Origin: Rebecca billardiae RCC1528
Taxonomy: Eukaryota > Protista > Haptophyta
Direction of reading: 5' to 3'
Length of the DNA stretch: 64,000 nucleotides
Assembly: GCA_965240325.2 (NCBI GenBank)
Contig: OZ251236.1
Location: 1,612,001 to 1,676,000, forward strand
Part shown: positions 1 through 11,500 of the stretch, one piece after another
Numbering within the stretch: the stretch's first letter is position 1
Layout: every line of letters starts with the position of its first letter
Notes under the pieces: model-generated
What the model saw: only the letters and a program-made list of their open reading frames with translations
The model's database searches: none
Told to the model about the DNA's origin: nothing
Program-made: the position numbers and the translations under genes

Positions 1-2023
1 CGAGCTGGCGCAGATCTTCTGGAACATCGCGATGCTCGGCCTCGTGATCACGTGCATGCTCTACGACGCGAGCGGCGGGCCTCCGGACGCGTCGGCGGCG
101 CCGAGCGTCTCGCTGCTGAGCGCGGTGCTCACGGCGCTTCTCACCGCGGCCCTCTCGTTCCCCGCGCTCGCGCTCTTCCGGCTGCTCTTCCGCTGGGGGT
201 ACGGCCGGCGCTCGGCGCCGCTCTCGAAGCGCGTGTTCGCCACGTTCCTCCGCGCCGAGCTCGCGCAGCGCGAGCGCGAGCGCGCGCCCTTCTCCACCGC
301 CGTCAAGACGAGCGTGCGCACCGGCGCGTACCTGCGGCCCGCGCTGCCGCGCACCAACTCGGACCGGCGCGGCGACGGCGGCGCGCTGCGCGCCGCCGCG
401 CCCGCCGACCTCGAGCTCGCGCGCGAGTTCGCGCGGCGCGCGTCGATCGAGGCGGAGCGCTCCTCCATGCCGAGCATGCCCGGGCTCGCGCCGGTCACGC
501 TGCCCGGCATGCCCGGCCGCTCGTCGCCGCGCGCCAAGCCGCGGCCGCCGCCGGCGGCGGGCATGACGGTGCGCCGGCCGGGCGGGCCCCGCGCCACCGG
601 CCAGCTGCCGCCGAGCATGGCAGCGTCGATGGCGGCGACGGCGGCGGTGGCGGCGGCGGCGGGCGCTTCGGAGGGCGAGCGCACCGACGCGCCCGCCGCG
701 GCCACGGCCGCCAAGCCGGGCAGCCTCTTCGCGCCGCGGGCGGTGGCCGTGCCGAGTGCCGACGCGTTCAAGCAGGCGCGAGTCACGCCCGTGCCCACCG
801 CGGGCGCGCTCGACCCCGGCTCGTTCGGCCGGCACAGGAAGTCGGACGAGGACGAGTTCGAGGCGAGCGGCAGCTTCAACCAAGCGTCGTCCGAGCGCGC
901 CGCCCGGCGCGCGGTCGCCGCGTCGCTCAGCGTCTCGCTCCGGGGCACGAGCGCGCACGCGGAGGCGGAGCGCGTGGCCGCGGCCGAGCCGCCGTCCGCG
1001 CTCGGCCTCGTGCGCGACTTTGCCGACGTGGCGTCGAACCGTCACGGCCGCTCGCCGCACCCCGGCTCGCCGCCGCTGAGGCGCGATGACGCGCCGCTCA
1101 CGCCCAGCGGCCTCGCGGGTCAGCGCCGCCCGCACTCGCGCCCCTCCTCGGCATCGTGCGCCGCCATCTCCGCCGCGTCCACCCCGCGTGCGAGCGCAGC
1201 AGACGGCGAGGAGGCGGGTGCGACCGAGGAGGCGGAGGCGGCGATGCGCACGAGCATTAGCGAGGTGCTGCCCACGCCCCCGCCTAGCCCGCCGCCGCCG
1301 GGCGGTCCGGCGTTCTCGTTCAAGACGGGGCAGGTCCCCGCGCCCACCGACCTGCCGCCCGCCGCCGGTCCCGCCGCCGCTGCTGCGGAGGAGGAGGCGG
1401 AGGGCGGCGGTCTGGACGAGCAGACGGTCGCGCTGCTCAAGCTCAAGTTCGAGGCGTTCGACGCGGACGACAACGGCTCGGTGGACGGCACCGAGTTCGG
1501 CGCGCTGCTCGAGTCGCTCGGCTTCCGGCTGCGCCCGCGCCGCGTCAAGCAGCTCGCCTCGGAGCTGGACACCAACGGCAACGGGCTGATCGGCTTCGAC
1601 GAGCTGTGCGACTGGTACGAGAGGATGGTCGCGGACGAGGCCGCAAAGGAGGCGCGCCGCGCGGCGGGCTGGCAAGGCCGCGTGCGCCGCGTGCTGCGCA
1701 GGCTGACGCCGCCGCCACTCGTCAAGCTCTTGCTCGCGTGGCTGGCGATGTGGGCCATCTTCGTCGTGCTCGCGCTGCTCGCGGTCGCGTACGCGCTCAC
1801 GTTTGGCGCGCAGCAGACGCGCTGGCTCCTCTTCAGCTGGACGTTCGCCGAGGTGCAGACGCTCGGGCTGGAGGAGCCGGTCATCATCGCGATCACCGTG
1901 CTCGCGCCCATCCTCTTCGACCGGCTGCTCTCGCAGGGCGGCGCGACGGGCGAGGCGATCAACGAGCTGCTCGCGACGACCGTCGCGACGGCCGTCACCG
2001 CGATGCACAACCTCTGCGGCTGA
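1..2023 (+). CDS. 3' part of upstream tandem copy of the giant REJ/GPS adhesion-receptor gene (TMs, EF-hand pair); 5'-truncated by window edge
   Basis: 1-2025 is about 99% identical to 17895-19919 (offset 17894). EF-hand loops DADDNGSVDGTE and DTNGNGLIGFDE are present. The ATG at 32 is an internal Met. Confidence 0.9.
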   Translation, partial: ELAQIFWNIAMLGLVITCMLYDASGGPPDASAAPSVSLLSAVLTALLTAALSFPALALFRLLFRWGYGRRSAPLSKRVFATFLRAELAQRERERAPFSTAVKTSVRTGAYLRPALPRTNSDRRGDGGALRAAAPADLELAREFARRASIEAERSSMPSMPGLAPVTLPGMPGRSSPRAKPRPPPAAGMTVRRPGGPRATGQLPPSMAASMAATAAVAAAAGASEGERTDAPAAATAAKPGSLFAPRAVAVPSADAFKQARVTPVPTAGALDPGSFGRHRKSDEDEFEASGSFNQASSERAARRAVAASLSVSLRGTSAHAEAERVAAAEPPSALGLVRDFADVASNRHGRSPHPGSPPLRRDDAPLTPSGLAGQRRPHSRPSSASCAAISAASTPRASAADGEEAGATEEAEAAMRTSISEVLPTPPPSPPPPGGPAFSFKTGQVPAPTDLPPAAGPAAAAAEEEAEGGGLDEQTVALLKLKFEAFDADDNGSVDGTEFGALLESLGFRLRPRRVKQLASELDTNGNGLIGFDELCDWYERMVADEAAKEARRAAGWQGRVRRVLRRLTPPPLVKLLLAWLAMWAIFVVLALLAVAYALTFGAQQTRWLLFSWTFAEVQTLGLEEPVIIAITVLAPILFDRLLSQGGATGEAINELLATTVATAVTAMHNLCG

Positions 2024-2388
2024 GCTTGGATAAACCCAACGGGATTCTCATACCGGCCCAACGGGATTCTCATGGCCTTTGGGCGCCTTATTTTTGGTAG
2101 TAACGACATGGGTATGGTTTTGATAATTTGTGTAGTGTATAATTCTGTTGATTGGCGCAGCTCCATAACTCCATAAGTAATTCGACAAGGTCGGCTATTA
2201 ATTCCTCGATCAATCAAGGGATGATTATGATAATGTCGTCCTCGACTCCTCGCCGACGACGAGTCGCCGTCGTCGTCGTCGTCGCCTGGTGTACCATACC
2301 ATACCCTCGTGGACCCAGGTGGACCCGCATATCTATCATCCTTGAGTGTATTTCTGGCACCACCCCTACCCCTCACGAACGCTCCAAG

Positions 2389-2449
2389 TACAGTTTTACT
2401 AAGAATAAGAGACGCACACACCTCAGGTCTGCAGGCGAGTACGACGCGC
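2389..2449 (+). mobile_element. Short TA|CAGTTTACT family-A element (solo arm)
   Basis: Degenerate match to TACAGTTTACTAAGAATAAGAGACGCACACAGCTCAGGCAGGCGAGAT, which also occurs at 29957, 33246, 34551, 34747 and 47013. Confidence 0.75.
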
Positions 2450-2559
2450 TGGTCATGCTCCTCCAACAACACCTTGGTGCTCGGGCCGCGGCGCGCATTG
2501 GGCGCGCCTTGCCGGGCGTGTCGGGTGCCGACGCGCTCGCACGTCGCCTCCGCCGCCGC

Positions 2560-5500
2560 ATGCGTGTGCCACAACCAGTCCTGCTCGCCGCCGTGCTGCT
2601 CGCCGCGCTGCCTGCCACGCGAGCGCAGACGAGCCCGCCGCCCTCTCCGCCACCCAGCCCGCCGCCGTCGCCAACTGCGGTCGTGCTCGGCCAGACGAAG
2701 ATCTCGGCCACGCAGGGCGGGCTGGCTCAGGCGCTGCAGGATCGCGACGAATTTGGCACCGCCGTCGCCAGCCTGGGCGACGTCGACGGCGACGGCGTGC
2801 CCGACGCGTTTGTCGGCGCGCCGTGGGATGCGATCAACGCCAACATCGGCGGCGCGGGGTACGTGCTGCTGATGAACGCAGAGGGCACGGTGAAGGCGGA
2901 GACGCGCATCGCCGAGCAGGAGGGCGGCTTCACCGAGTCTTTCTCCGGCCAGGCGCACTTCATCGGCGGCTCGGCCGCCGGCCTGGGCGACCTGGACGGC
3001 GACGGCGTGCCGGACATGCTGATGGCGCAGGGCGACAAGGCCGGCTCGACGATCTGGACGCTCTTCCTCAACACGGACGGCACGGTCAAGTCGTACGTCA
3101 AGATCGCGCCCGGCGAGGGCGACCTCGCAGACCTCGGCACTGACAAGTTTGGCAACACAGTCGCGGTGCTCGGCGACGTCGACGGCGACGGCGTCGTCGA
3201 TGCCCTCGTGGGCGCGGGCCGGCGCGACACGCAGTCGGCCTTCGTCCTCTTCCTGCGCACCGACGGCAGCGCGAAGGGGTACCAGGAGATCTCCGAGGCG
3301 GCGGGCGGGCTGGCCGCCTCGCCGTTCGTCAACGGCACCTGGGGCAACGCCGTGTGCGCGGCCGGTGACGTGAATGGCGACGGCATACCAGACGCGGCCG
3401 TGGGCGACGAAAAGTACGAGGACGGCGGACTCAAGTACGGCGCGCTGTACGTGCTGATGCTCCACCGGAACGGCACGGTGAAGGCGGAGGCGTTCATCAG
3501 CAAGGACGAGCTGAGCCTTCTGGCGGCCGGGCACAAGCTCGGCTCGGCTTGCGAAGGGCTGGGCGACCTCGACGGTGACGGTGTGCCAGACCTGGCGGTG
3601 GGCGCGAAAGAGGCTGGCTCCGGCGAGCAGGGCGGGGTGTTCATTCTGAACCTCAACTCGGACGGCAGCGTGAAGGCGTCGGCTGAGATCAGCCAGGGCG
3701 TGGGCGGGCTCAGCGCGAGCGGGCTCGACGAACTCGACCAGTTTGGCAGCGGCCTCGGCTTCCTGGGCGACCTCGACGGCGACGGCTCCCCAGAGCTGAT
3801 GGTCGGGGCGCCGTGGGACGATGATGGCTTCGACAAAGCGGGTGCGGTGTACGTGCTCACGCTCGCCACGCCGCCCTCGTCGCCGAAACCGCCGCCCAGC
3901 CCGCCGCCGAGCTCGCCGCCGCCGAGCCCGCCGCCGAGCCCGCCGCCGAGCCCGCCACCACCATCGCCGCCCCCGAGCCCGCCGCCCAGCCCGCCGCCGC
4001 CAAAGGCGCCGCCGAGCCCGCCGCCATCGCCACCACCAACGCCACCGCCGAGCCCGCCGCCGAGCCCGCCGCCGAGCCCGTCGCCGCCGAAACCGCCGCC
4101 GAGCCCGCCGCCGTCGCCACCACCATCGCCGCCGCCGAGCCCGCCGCCGAGTCCGCCGCCGTCGCCACCACCATTGCCGCCGCCGAGCCCGCCGCCCAGC
4201 CCGCCGCCGCCGAAGCCGCCGCCGAGCCCGCCGCCATCGCCACCACCATCGCCACCGCCGAGCCCGCCGCCGAGCCCGCCGCCGAGCCCGTCGCCGCCGA
4301 AACCGCCGCCGAGCCCGCCGCCGTCGCCACCACCAACGCCGCCGCCAAGCCCGCCGCCGAGCCCGCCGCCGAACCCGTCGCCGCCGAGCCCACCGCCGAG
4401 CCCGCCGCCGTCGCCACCACCATCGCCACCGCCAAGCCCGCCGCCGAGCCCACCGCCGAGCCCGCCGCCGCCGAGCCCGCCGCCATCGCCACCGCCGTCG
4501 CCACCGCCGAGCCCGCCGCCGAGCCCGCCGCCATCGCCACCGCCGTCGCCACCGCCGAGCCCGCCGCCGAGCCCGCCGCCGAGCCCGCCGCCCCCGAGCC
4601 CGCCGCCGAGCCCGCCACCGTCGCCACCACCATCACCGCCGCCGAGCCCGCCGCCGCCGAGCCCGCCGCCGTCGCCGCCGCCAAGCCCGCCACCCTCCCC
4701 GCCGCCGTCACCACCACCGCCCACGCCGCCACCAAGCCCGCCGCCGACACCACCGCCCTCCCCGCCGCCGAGCCCGCCACCGCCGAGCCCGCCACCGAGC
4801 CCGCCGCCTGCCCCTCCGCCCAGCCCGCCGCCGAGCCCGCCACCGCCATCGCCACCACCGTCGCCGCCGCCGAGCCCGCCACCCAGCCCGCCGCCAAGCC
4901 CGCCGCCAAGCCCGCCGCCCAGCCCGCCGCCCAGCCCGCCGCCCAGCCCGCCGCCGCCGTCCCCTCCACCATCGCCACCGCCATCTCCGCCGCCGTCGCC
5001 GCCACCCTCGCCGCCGCCGCCATCGCTGCCGCCGAGCCCGCCGCCGAGCCCGCCGCCGAGCCCGCCGCCGAGCCCGCCGCCGCCGAGCCCTCCGCCGAGC
5101 CCGCCGCCGAGCCCACCACCGAGCCCGCCGCCATCGCCGCCGCCGCCGAGCCCGCCGCCGAGCCCGCCACCATCACCACCGCCGTCGCCGCCACCGAGCC
5201 CGCCGCCGCCATCGCCGCCGCCGTCGCCACCGCCGAGCCCGCCACCGAGCCCGCCGCCATCGCCACCGCCATCGCCACCGCCGAGCCCGCCGCCGAGCCC
5301 GCCGCCATCGCCACCGCCGTCGCCACCGCCGAGCCCGCCGCCGAGCCCGCCGCCATCGCCACCGCCGTCGCCGCCGCCGAGCCCGCCGCCGAGCCCGCCG
5401 CCGAGCCCGCCGCCCCCGAGCCCGCCGCCGAGCCCGCCACCGTCGCCGCCACCATCACCGCCGCCGAGCCCGCCGCCGCCGAGCCCGCCGCCGTCGCCGC

Positions 5501-8500
5501 CGCCAAGCCCGCCACCAAGCCCGCCGCCGTCACCACCACCGCCCACGCCGCCGCCAAGCCCGCCGCCGACACCACCGCCCTCCCCGCCGCCGAGCCCGCC
5601 GCCGCCGAGCCCGCCACCGAGCCCGCCGCCTGCCCCTCCGCCCAGCCCGCCGCCGAGCCCGCCACCGCCATCGCCACCACCGTCGCCGCCGCCGAGCCCG
5701 CCGCCCAGCCCGCCGCCAAGCCCGCCGCCCAGCCCGCCGCCCAGCCCGCCGCCCAGCCCGCCGCCCAGCCCGCCGCCGCCGTCCCCTCCGCCATCGCCAC
5801 CGCCATCTCCGCCGCCGTCGCCACCACCCTCGCCGCCGCCGCCATCGCTGCCGCCGAGCCCGCCGCCGAGCCCGCCGCCGAGCCCGCCGCCGAGCCCGCC
5901 GCCGCCGAGCCCGCCGCCGAGCCCGCCGCCGAGCCCACCACCGAGCCCGCCGCCGTCGCCGCCGCCGCCGAGCCCGCCGCCGATCCCGCCACCATCACCA
6001 CCGCCGTCACCGCCACCGAGCCCGCCGCCGCCATCGCCGCCGCCGTCGCCACCGCCGAGCCCGCCACCGAGCCCGCCGCCATCGCCACCGCCATCGCCAC
6101 CGCCGAGCCCGCCGCCGAGCCCGCCGCCATCGCCACCGCCGTCGCCACCGCCGAGCCCGCCGCCGAGCCCGCCGCCATCGCCACCGCCGTCGCCGCCGCC
6201 GAGCCCGCCGCCGAGCCCGCCGCCGAGCCCGCCGCCCCCGAGCCCGCCGCCGAGCCCGCCACCGTCGCCGCCACCATCACCGCCGCCGAGCCCGCCGCCG
6301 CCGAGCCCGCCGCCGTCGCCGCCGCCAAGCCCGCCACCAAGCCCGCCGCCGTCACCACCACCGCCCACGCCGCCGCCAAGCCCGCCGCCGACACCACCGC
6401 CCTCCCCGCCGCCGAGCCCGCCGCCGCCGAGCCCGCCACCGAGCCCGCCGCCTGCCCCTCCGCCCAGCCCGCCGCCGAGCCCGCCACCGCCATTGCCACC
6501 ACCGTCACCGCCGCCGAGCCCGCCGCCCAGCCCGCCGCCAAGCCCGCCGCCCAGCCCGCCGCCCAGCCCGCCGCCCAGCCCGCCGCCCAGCCCGCCGCCG
6601 CCGTCCCCTCCGCCATCGCCACCGCCATCTCCGCCGCCGTCGCCACCACCCTCGCCGCCGCCGCCATCGCTGCCGCCGAGCCCGCCGCCGAGCCCGCCGC
6701 CGAGCCCGCCGCCGAGCCCGCCGCCGCCGAGCCCGCCGCCGAGCCCGCCGCCGAGCCCACCACCGAGCCCGCCGCCGTCGCCGCCGCCGCCGAGCCCGCC
6801 GCCGAGCCCGCCACCATCGCCACCACCATCGCCGCCACCGAGCCCGCCGCCGCCTTCGCCGCCGCCGTCGCCACCGCCGAGCCCGCCACCGAGCCCGCCG
6901 CCATCGCCACCGCCGTCGCCACCGCCGAGCCCGCCGCCGAGCCCGCCGCCGAGCCCGCCGCCCCCGAGCCCGCCGCCGAGCCCGCCGCCGTCGCCACCAC
7001 CATCACCGCCGCCGAGCCCGCCGCCGCCGAGCCCGCCGCCGTCGCCGCCGCCGAGCCCGCCACCCTCCCCGCCGCCGTCACCACCACCGCCCACGCCGCC
7101 GCCAAGCCCGCCGCCGACACCACCGCCCTCCCCGCCGCCGAGCCCGCCGCCGCCGAGCCCGCCACCGAGCCCGCCGCCTGCCCCTCCGCCCAGCCCGCCG
7201 CCGAGCCCGCCACCGCCATCGCCACCACCGTCGCCGCCGCCGAGCCCGCCACCCAGCCCGCCGCCAAGCCCGCCGCCCAGCCCGCCGCCCAGCCCGCCGC
7301 CCAGCCCACCGCCCAGCCCGCCGCCGCCGTCCCCTCCACCATCGCCACCGCCATCTCCGCCGCCGTCGCCGCCACCCTCGCCGCCGCCGCCATCGCCGCC
7401 ACCAAGCCCGCCGCCGAGGCCGCCGCCGAGCCCGCCGCCGAGCCCGCCGCCGCCGAGCCCTCCGCCGAGCCCGCCACCAAGCCAACCGCCGAGCCCGCCG
7501 CCATCGCCGCCGCCGCCGAGCCCGCCGCCCAGCCCGCCGCCATCGCCGCCACCGAGCCCTCCGCCGAGTCCCCCACCGCCATCGCCGCCGCCGTCGCCAC
7601 CGCCGAGCCCGCCACCGAGCCCGCCGCCATCGCCACCGCCATCGCCACCGCCGAGCCCGCCGCCGAGCCCGCCGCCATCGCCACCACCGTCGCCACCGCC
7701 GAGCCCGCCGCCGAGCCCGCCGCCATCGCCACCGCCATCGCCGCCGCCGAGCCCGCCGCCGAGCCCGCCGCCGAGCCCGCCGCCCCCGAGCTCGCCGCCG
7801 AGCCCGCCACCGTCGCCACCACCATCACCGCCGCCGAGCCCGCCGCCGCCGAGCCCGCCGCCGTCGCCGCCGCCAAGCCCGCCACCAAGCCCGCCGCCGT
7901 CACCACCACCGCCCACGCCACCACCAAGCCCGCCGCCGACACCACCGCCCTTCCCGCCACCGAGCCCGCCGCCGCCGAGCCCGCCACCGAGCCCGCCGCC
8001 TGCCCCTCCGCCCAGCCCGCCGCCGAGCCCGCCACCGCCATTGCCACCACCGTCGCCGCCGCCGAGCCCGCCACCCAGCCCGCCGCCAAGCCCGCCGCCA
8101 AGCCCGCCGCCCAGCCCGCCGCCCAGCCCGCCGCCCAGCCCGCCGCCGCCGTCCCCTCCGCCATCGCCACCGCCATCTCCGCCGCCGTCGCCGCCACCCT
8201 CGCCGCCGCCGCCATCGCCGCCACCAAGCCCGCCGCCGAGCCCGCCGCCGAGCCCGCCGCCGAGCCCGCCGCCGCCGAGCCCTCCGCCGAGCCCGCCACC
8301 AAGCCCACCGCCGAGCCCGCCGCCATCGCCGCCGCCGCCGAGCCCGCCGCCCAGCCCGCCGCCATCGCCGCCACCGAGCCCTCCGCCGAGTCCCCCACCG
8401 CCATCACCACCTCCGTCGCCACCGCCGAGCCCGCCACCGAGCCCGCCACCGAGCCCGCCGCCGCCGAGCCCGCCACCGAGCCCGCCACCATCGCCGCCAC

Positions 8501-11500
8501 CGAGCCCTCCGCCGAGCCCGCCACCGCCATCATCACCTCCGTCGCCTCCGCCGAGCCCGCCACCCACCCCACCGCCGAGCCCGCCGCCCCCAAGCCCGCC
8601 TCCGAGCCCGCCACCGACACCGCCGCCATCGCCGCCGCCAAGCCCGCCGCCACCGAGCCCGCCACCGTCGCCACCGCCGAGCCCGCCGCCGAGCCCGCCG
8701 CCGAGCCCGCCGCCGCCGAGCCCGCCGCCGAGCCCGCCGCCGACGCCACCGCCGTCGCCACCGCCATCACCACCGCCACCGAGCCCGCCGCCGAGCCCGC
8801 CACCGTCGCCACCGCCGAGCCCGCCGCCGAGCCCGCCGCCGCCAAGCCCTCCGCCCAGCCCGCCGCCCAGCCCGCCGCCGAGCCCGCCGCCATCGCCGCC
8901 GCCGCCGAGCCCGCCGCCGAGCCCGCCACCATCGCCGCCACCGAGCCCTCCGCCGAGCCCGCCACCGCCATCATCACCTCCGTCGCCTCCGCCGAGCCCG
9001 CCACCCACCCCACCGCCGAGCCCGCCGCCCCCAAGCCCGCCTCCGAGCCCGCCACCGACACCGCCGCCATCGCCGCCGCCAAGCCCGCCGCCACCGAGCC
9101 CGCCACCGTCGCCACCGCCGAGCCCGCCGCCGAGCCCGCCGCCGAGCCCGCCGCCGCCGAGCCCGCCGCCGAGCCCGCCGCCGACACCACCGCCATCGCC
9201 ACCGCCATCGCCTCCGCCACCGAGCCCACCGCCAAGCCCGCCGCCATCGCCGCCACCGAGCCCGCCGCCCAGCCCGCCGCCGCCGTCTCCACCGCCATCG
9301 CCCCCGCCATCTCCGCCACCGTCGCCGCCGCCGTCGCCGCCGCCGCCATCGCCGCCACCAAGCCCGCCGCCGAGCCCGCCGCCGAGCCCGCCGCCGAGCC
9401 CGCCGCCGCCAAGCCCTCCGCCGAGCCCGCCACCAAGCCCACCGCCGAGCCCGCCGCCATCGCCGCCGCCGCCGAGCCCACCGCCGAGCCCGCCACCATC
9501 GCCGCCACCGAGCCCTCCGCCGAGCCCGCCACCGCCATCACCACCTCCGTCGCCTCCGCCGAGCCCGCCACCGAGCCCTCCGCCGAGCCCGCCGCCCCCA
9601 AGCCCGCCTCCGAGCCCGCCGCCGACACCACCGCCTTCGCCACCGCCATCGCCGCCGCCGCCGAGCCCCCCGCCGATTCCCCCGCCGAGCCCGCCTCCGG
9701 CGCCGCCGCCCAGCCCGCCGCCGCCCAGCCCGCCGCCATCGCCACCGCCGTCGCCGCCGCCGTCGCCACCGCCGTCGCCGCCACCGCCAAGCCCGCCACC
9801 GAGCCCGCCGCCAGCCCCGCCCCCGAGTCCGCCGCCGCCGAGCCCGCCACCGAGCCCGCCACCATCGCCGCCGCCGAGCCCGCCGCCGAGCCCGCCGCCG
9901 CCCAGCCCGCCGCCATCGCCGCCGCCCAGCCCGCCACCCAACCCGCCGCCATCGCCGCCGCCCAGCCCGCCGCCCAGTCCGCCGCCGGCACCGCCACCGA
10001 GCCCGCCACCGCCGTCTCCGCCGCCAAGCCCGCCGCCCAGCCCACCGCCATCGCCGCCGCCGAGCCCACCACCGCCGAGCCCGCCGCCATCCCCGCCTCC
10101 CTCGCCACCGCCGGTGCCGCCGCCCAGCCCGCCGCCGCCATCGCCGCCGCCCTCGCCGCCGCCCATCTCTCCACCCTCGCCACCGCCAAGCCCGCCACCG
10201 CCCTCGCCGCCGCCGAGCCCGCCGCCCGCCAGTCCGCCGGCGCCACCACCAAGTCCGCCGCCGCCCAGCCCACCACCAACGCCACCGCCGAGCCCGCCAC
10301 CGTCGCCGCCGCCGTCGCCGCCACCACCCGGCGCGCCGCCCTCGCCGCCGCCGAGCCCGCCGCCCCTGCACCCGCCCGCGCCGCCGCCGAGCCCACCACC
10401 ATCGCCTCCGCCCTCGCCGCCGCCTCAGCCCCCGCCTCCGCTTCCCCCGCCGATCCCGCCACCGAGCCCACCGCCGAATCCACCGCCGTCGCCGCCGCCG
10501 CCAAGCCCGCCGCCCGCCCCGCCGCCCGCCCCGCCCCCGCAGCCACCGCCGTCGCCGCCGCCGCCGGGCTTGCCACCAAGCCCGCCGCCGAGCCCGCCGC
10601 CCGCGCCGCCGCCGCGCCCGCCGCCGCCCAGCCCGCCGCCCAACCCGCCGCCGTCGCCGCCGCCGAGCCCGCCGCCCAACCCTCCACCTCCAAGCCCACC
10701 GCCAAGCCCACCCCCTTCGCCGCCGCCGACGCCGCCGCCTCCCGGGCCACCGCCGTCGCCGCCGCCCGCTCCACCGCCACAGGCGCCACCGCCGCCGCCA
10801 CCGACGCCGCCGCCGAGCCCGCCGCCCTCGCCGCCGCCCTCGCCGCCGCCGCTCCCACCACCGCCCAGCCCGCCGCGCCCGCCGCCGTTCGTGCCGCCGC
10901 CGCTGCCGCCAAGCGCGTCCCCGCCGCCGAGCGCGCCGCCGCCGTCCGCGCCGCCGTCGCCCCCTCCGCTCTCCCCGCCGCCCTCTCCGCCCGGCAGCTC
11001 GTCCTACCTCGGCCTCACGCTCGACGCCGAGCCGAGCGCGTACGGCACACAGGCGGCGCAGCGGGCGCTGGCCGACGGCCTCGCGAGCGCGGCGGCCATC
11101 CCGGCCGAGTGGGTGGGCGTGGTCTCCGTGTCGGCCGCGTCGGTGCGCGTGGTGCTGCGCGTCTTCCAGCCGAGCGACCCGGCCGCCCCCGACGCGGCCG
11201 CCGCGCTGCAGGCGCTCTCAGCGGAGGGCCTGGGCGCCTCGCTCGGCGTGGGCGTGCTCGTGACGCCCGAGCCGCTCGTCGCGGGCTGCTCCGAGCCGGG
11301 CGCGGCCAACTACGAGCCCGGAGTCGAAGTGGACGACGGCAGCTGCGTGGCTCACTCGCCGCCGCCGCCGGCGTCGCCGCCGAGCGCGCCGCCGAGCCCG
11401 CCGCCCGCGTCGCCGCCGCCGAGCCCGCCGCCGAGCCCGCCGCCGAGCCCGCCGCCGCCGAGCCCACCGCCCCTTCTGCCACCGCCGCCGCGCGTGGCTC

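Noticed and set aside
2152-2559. 136-aa N-terminal extension of the giant ORF
   Set aside because: It starts at TTG, is AT-rich, and runs through a family-A repeat. The signal peptide begins at ATG 2560.
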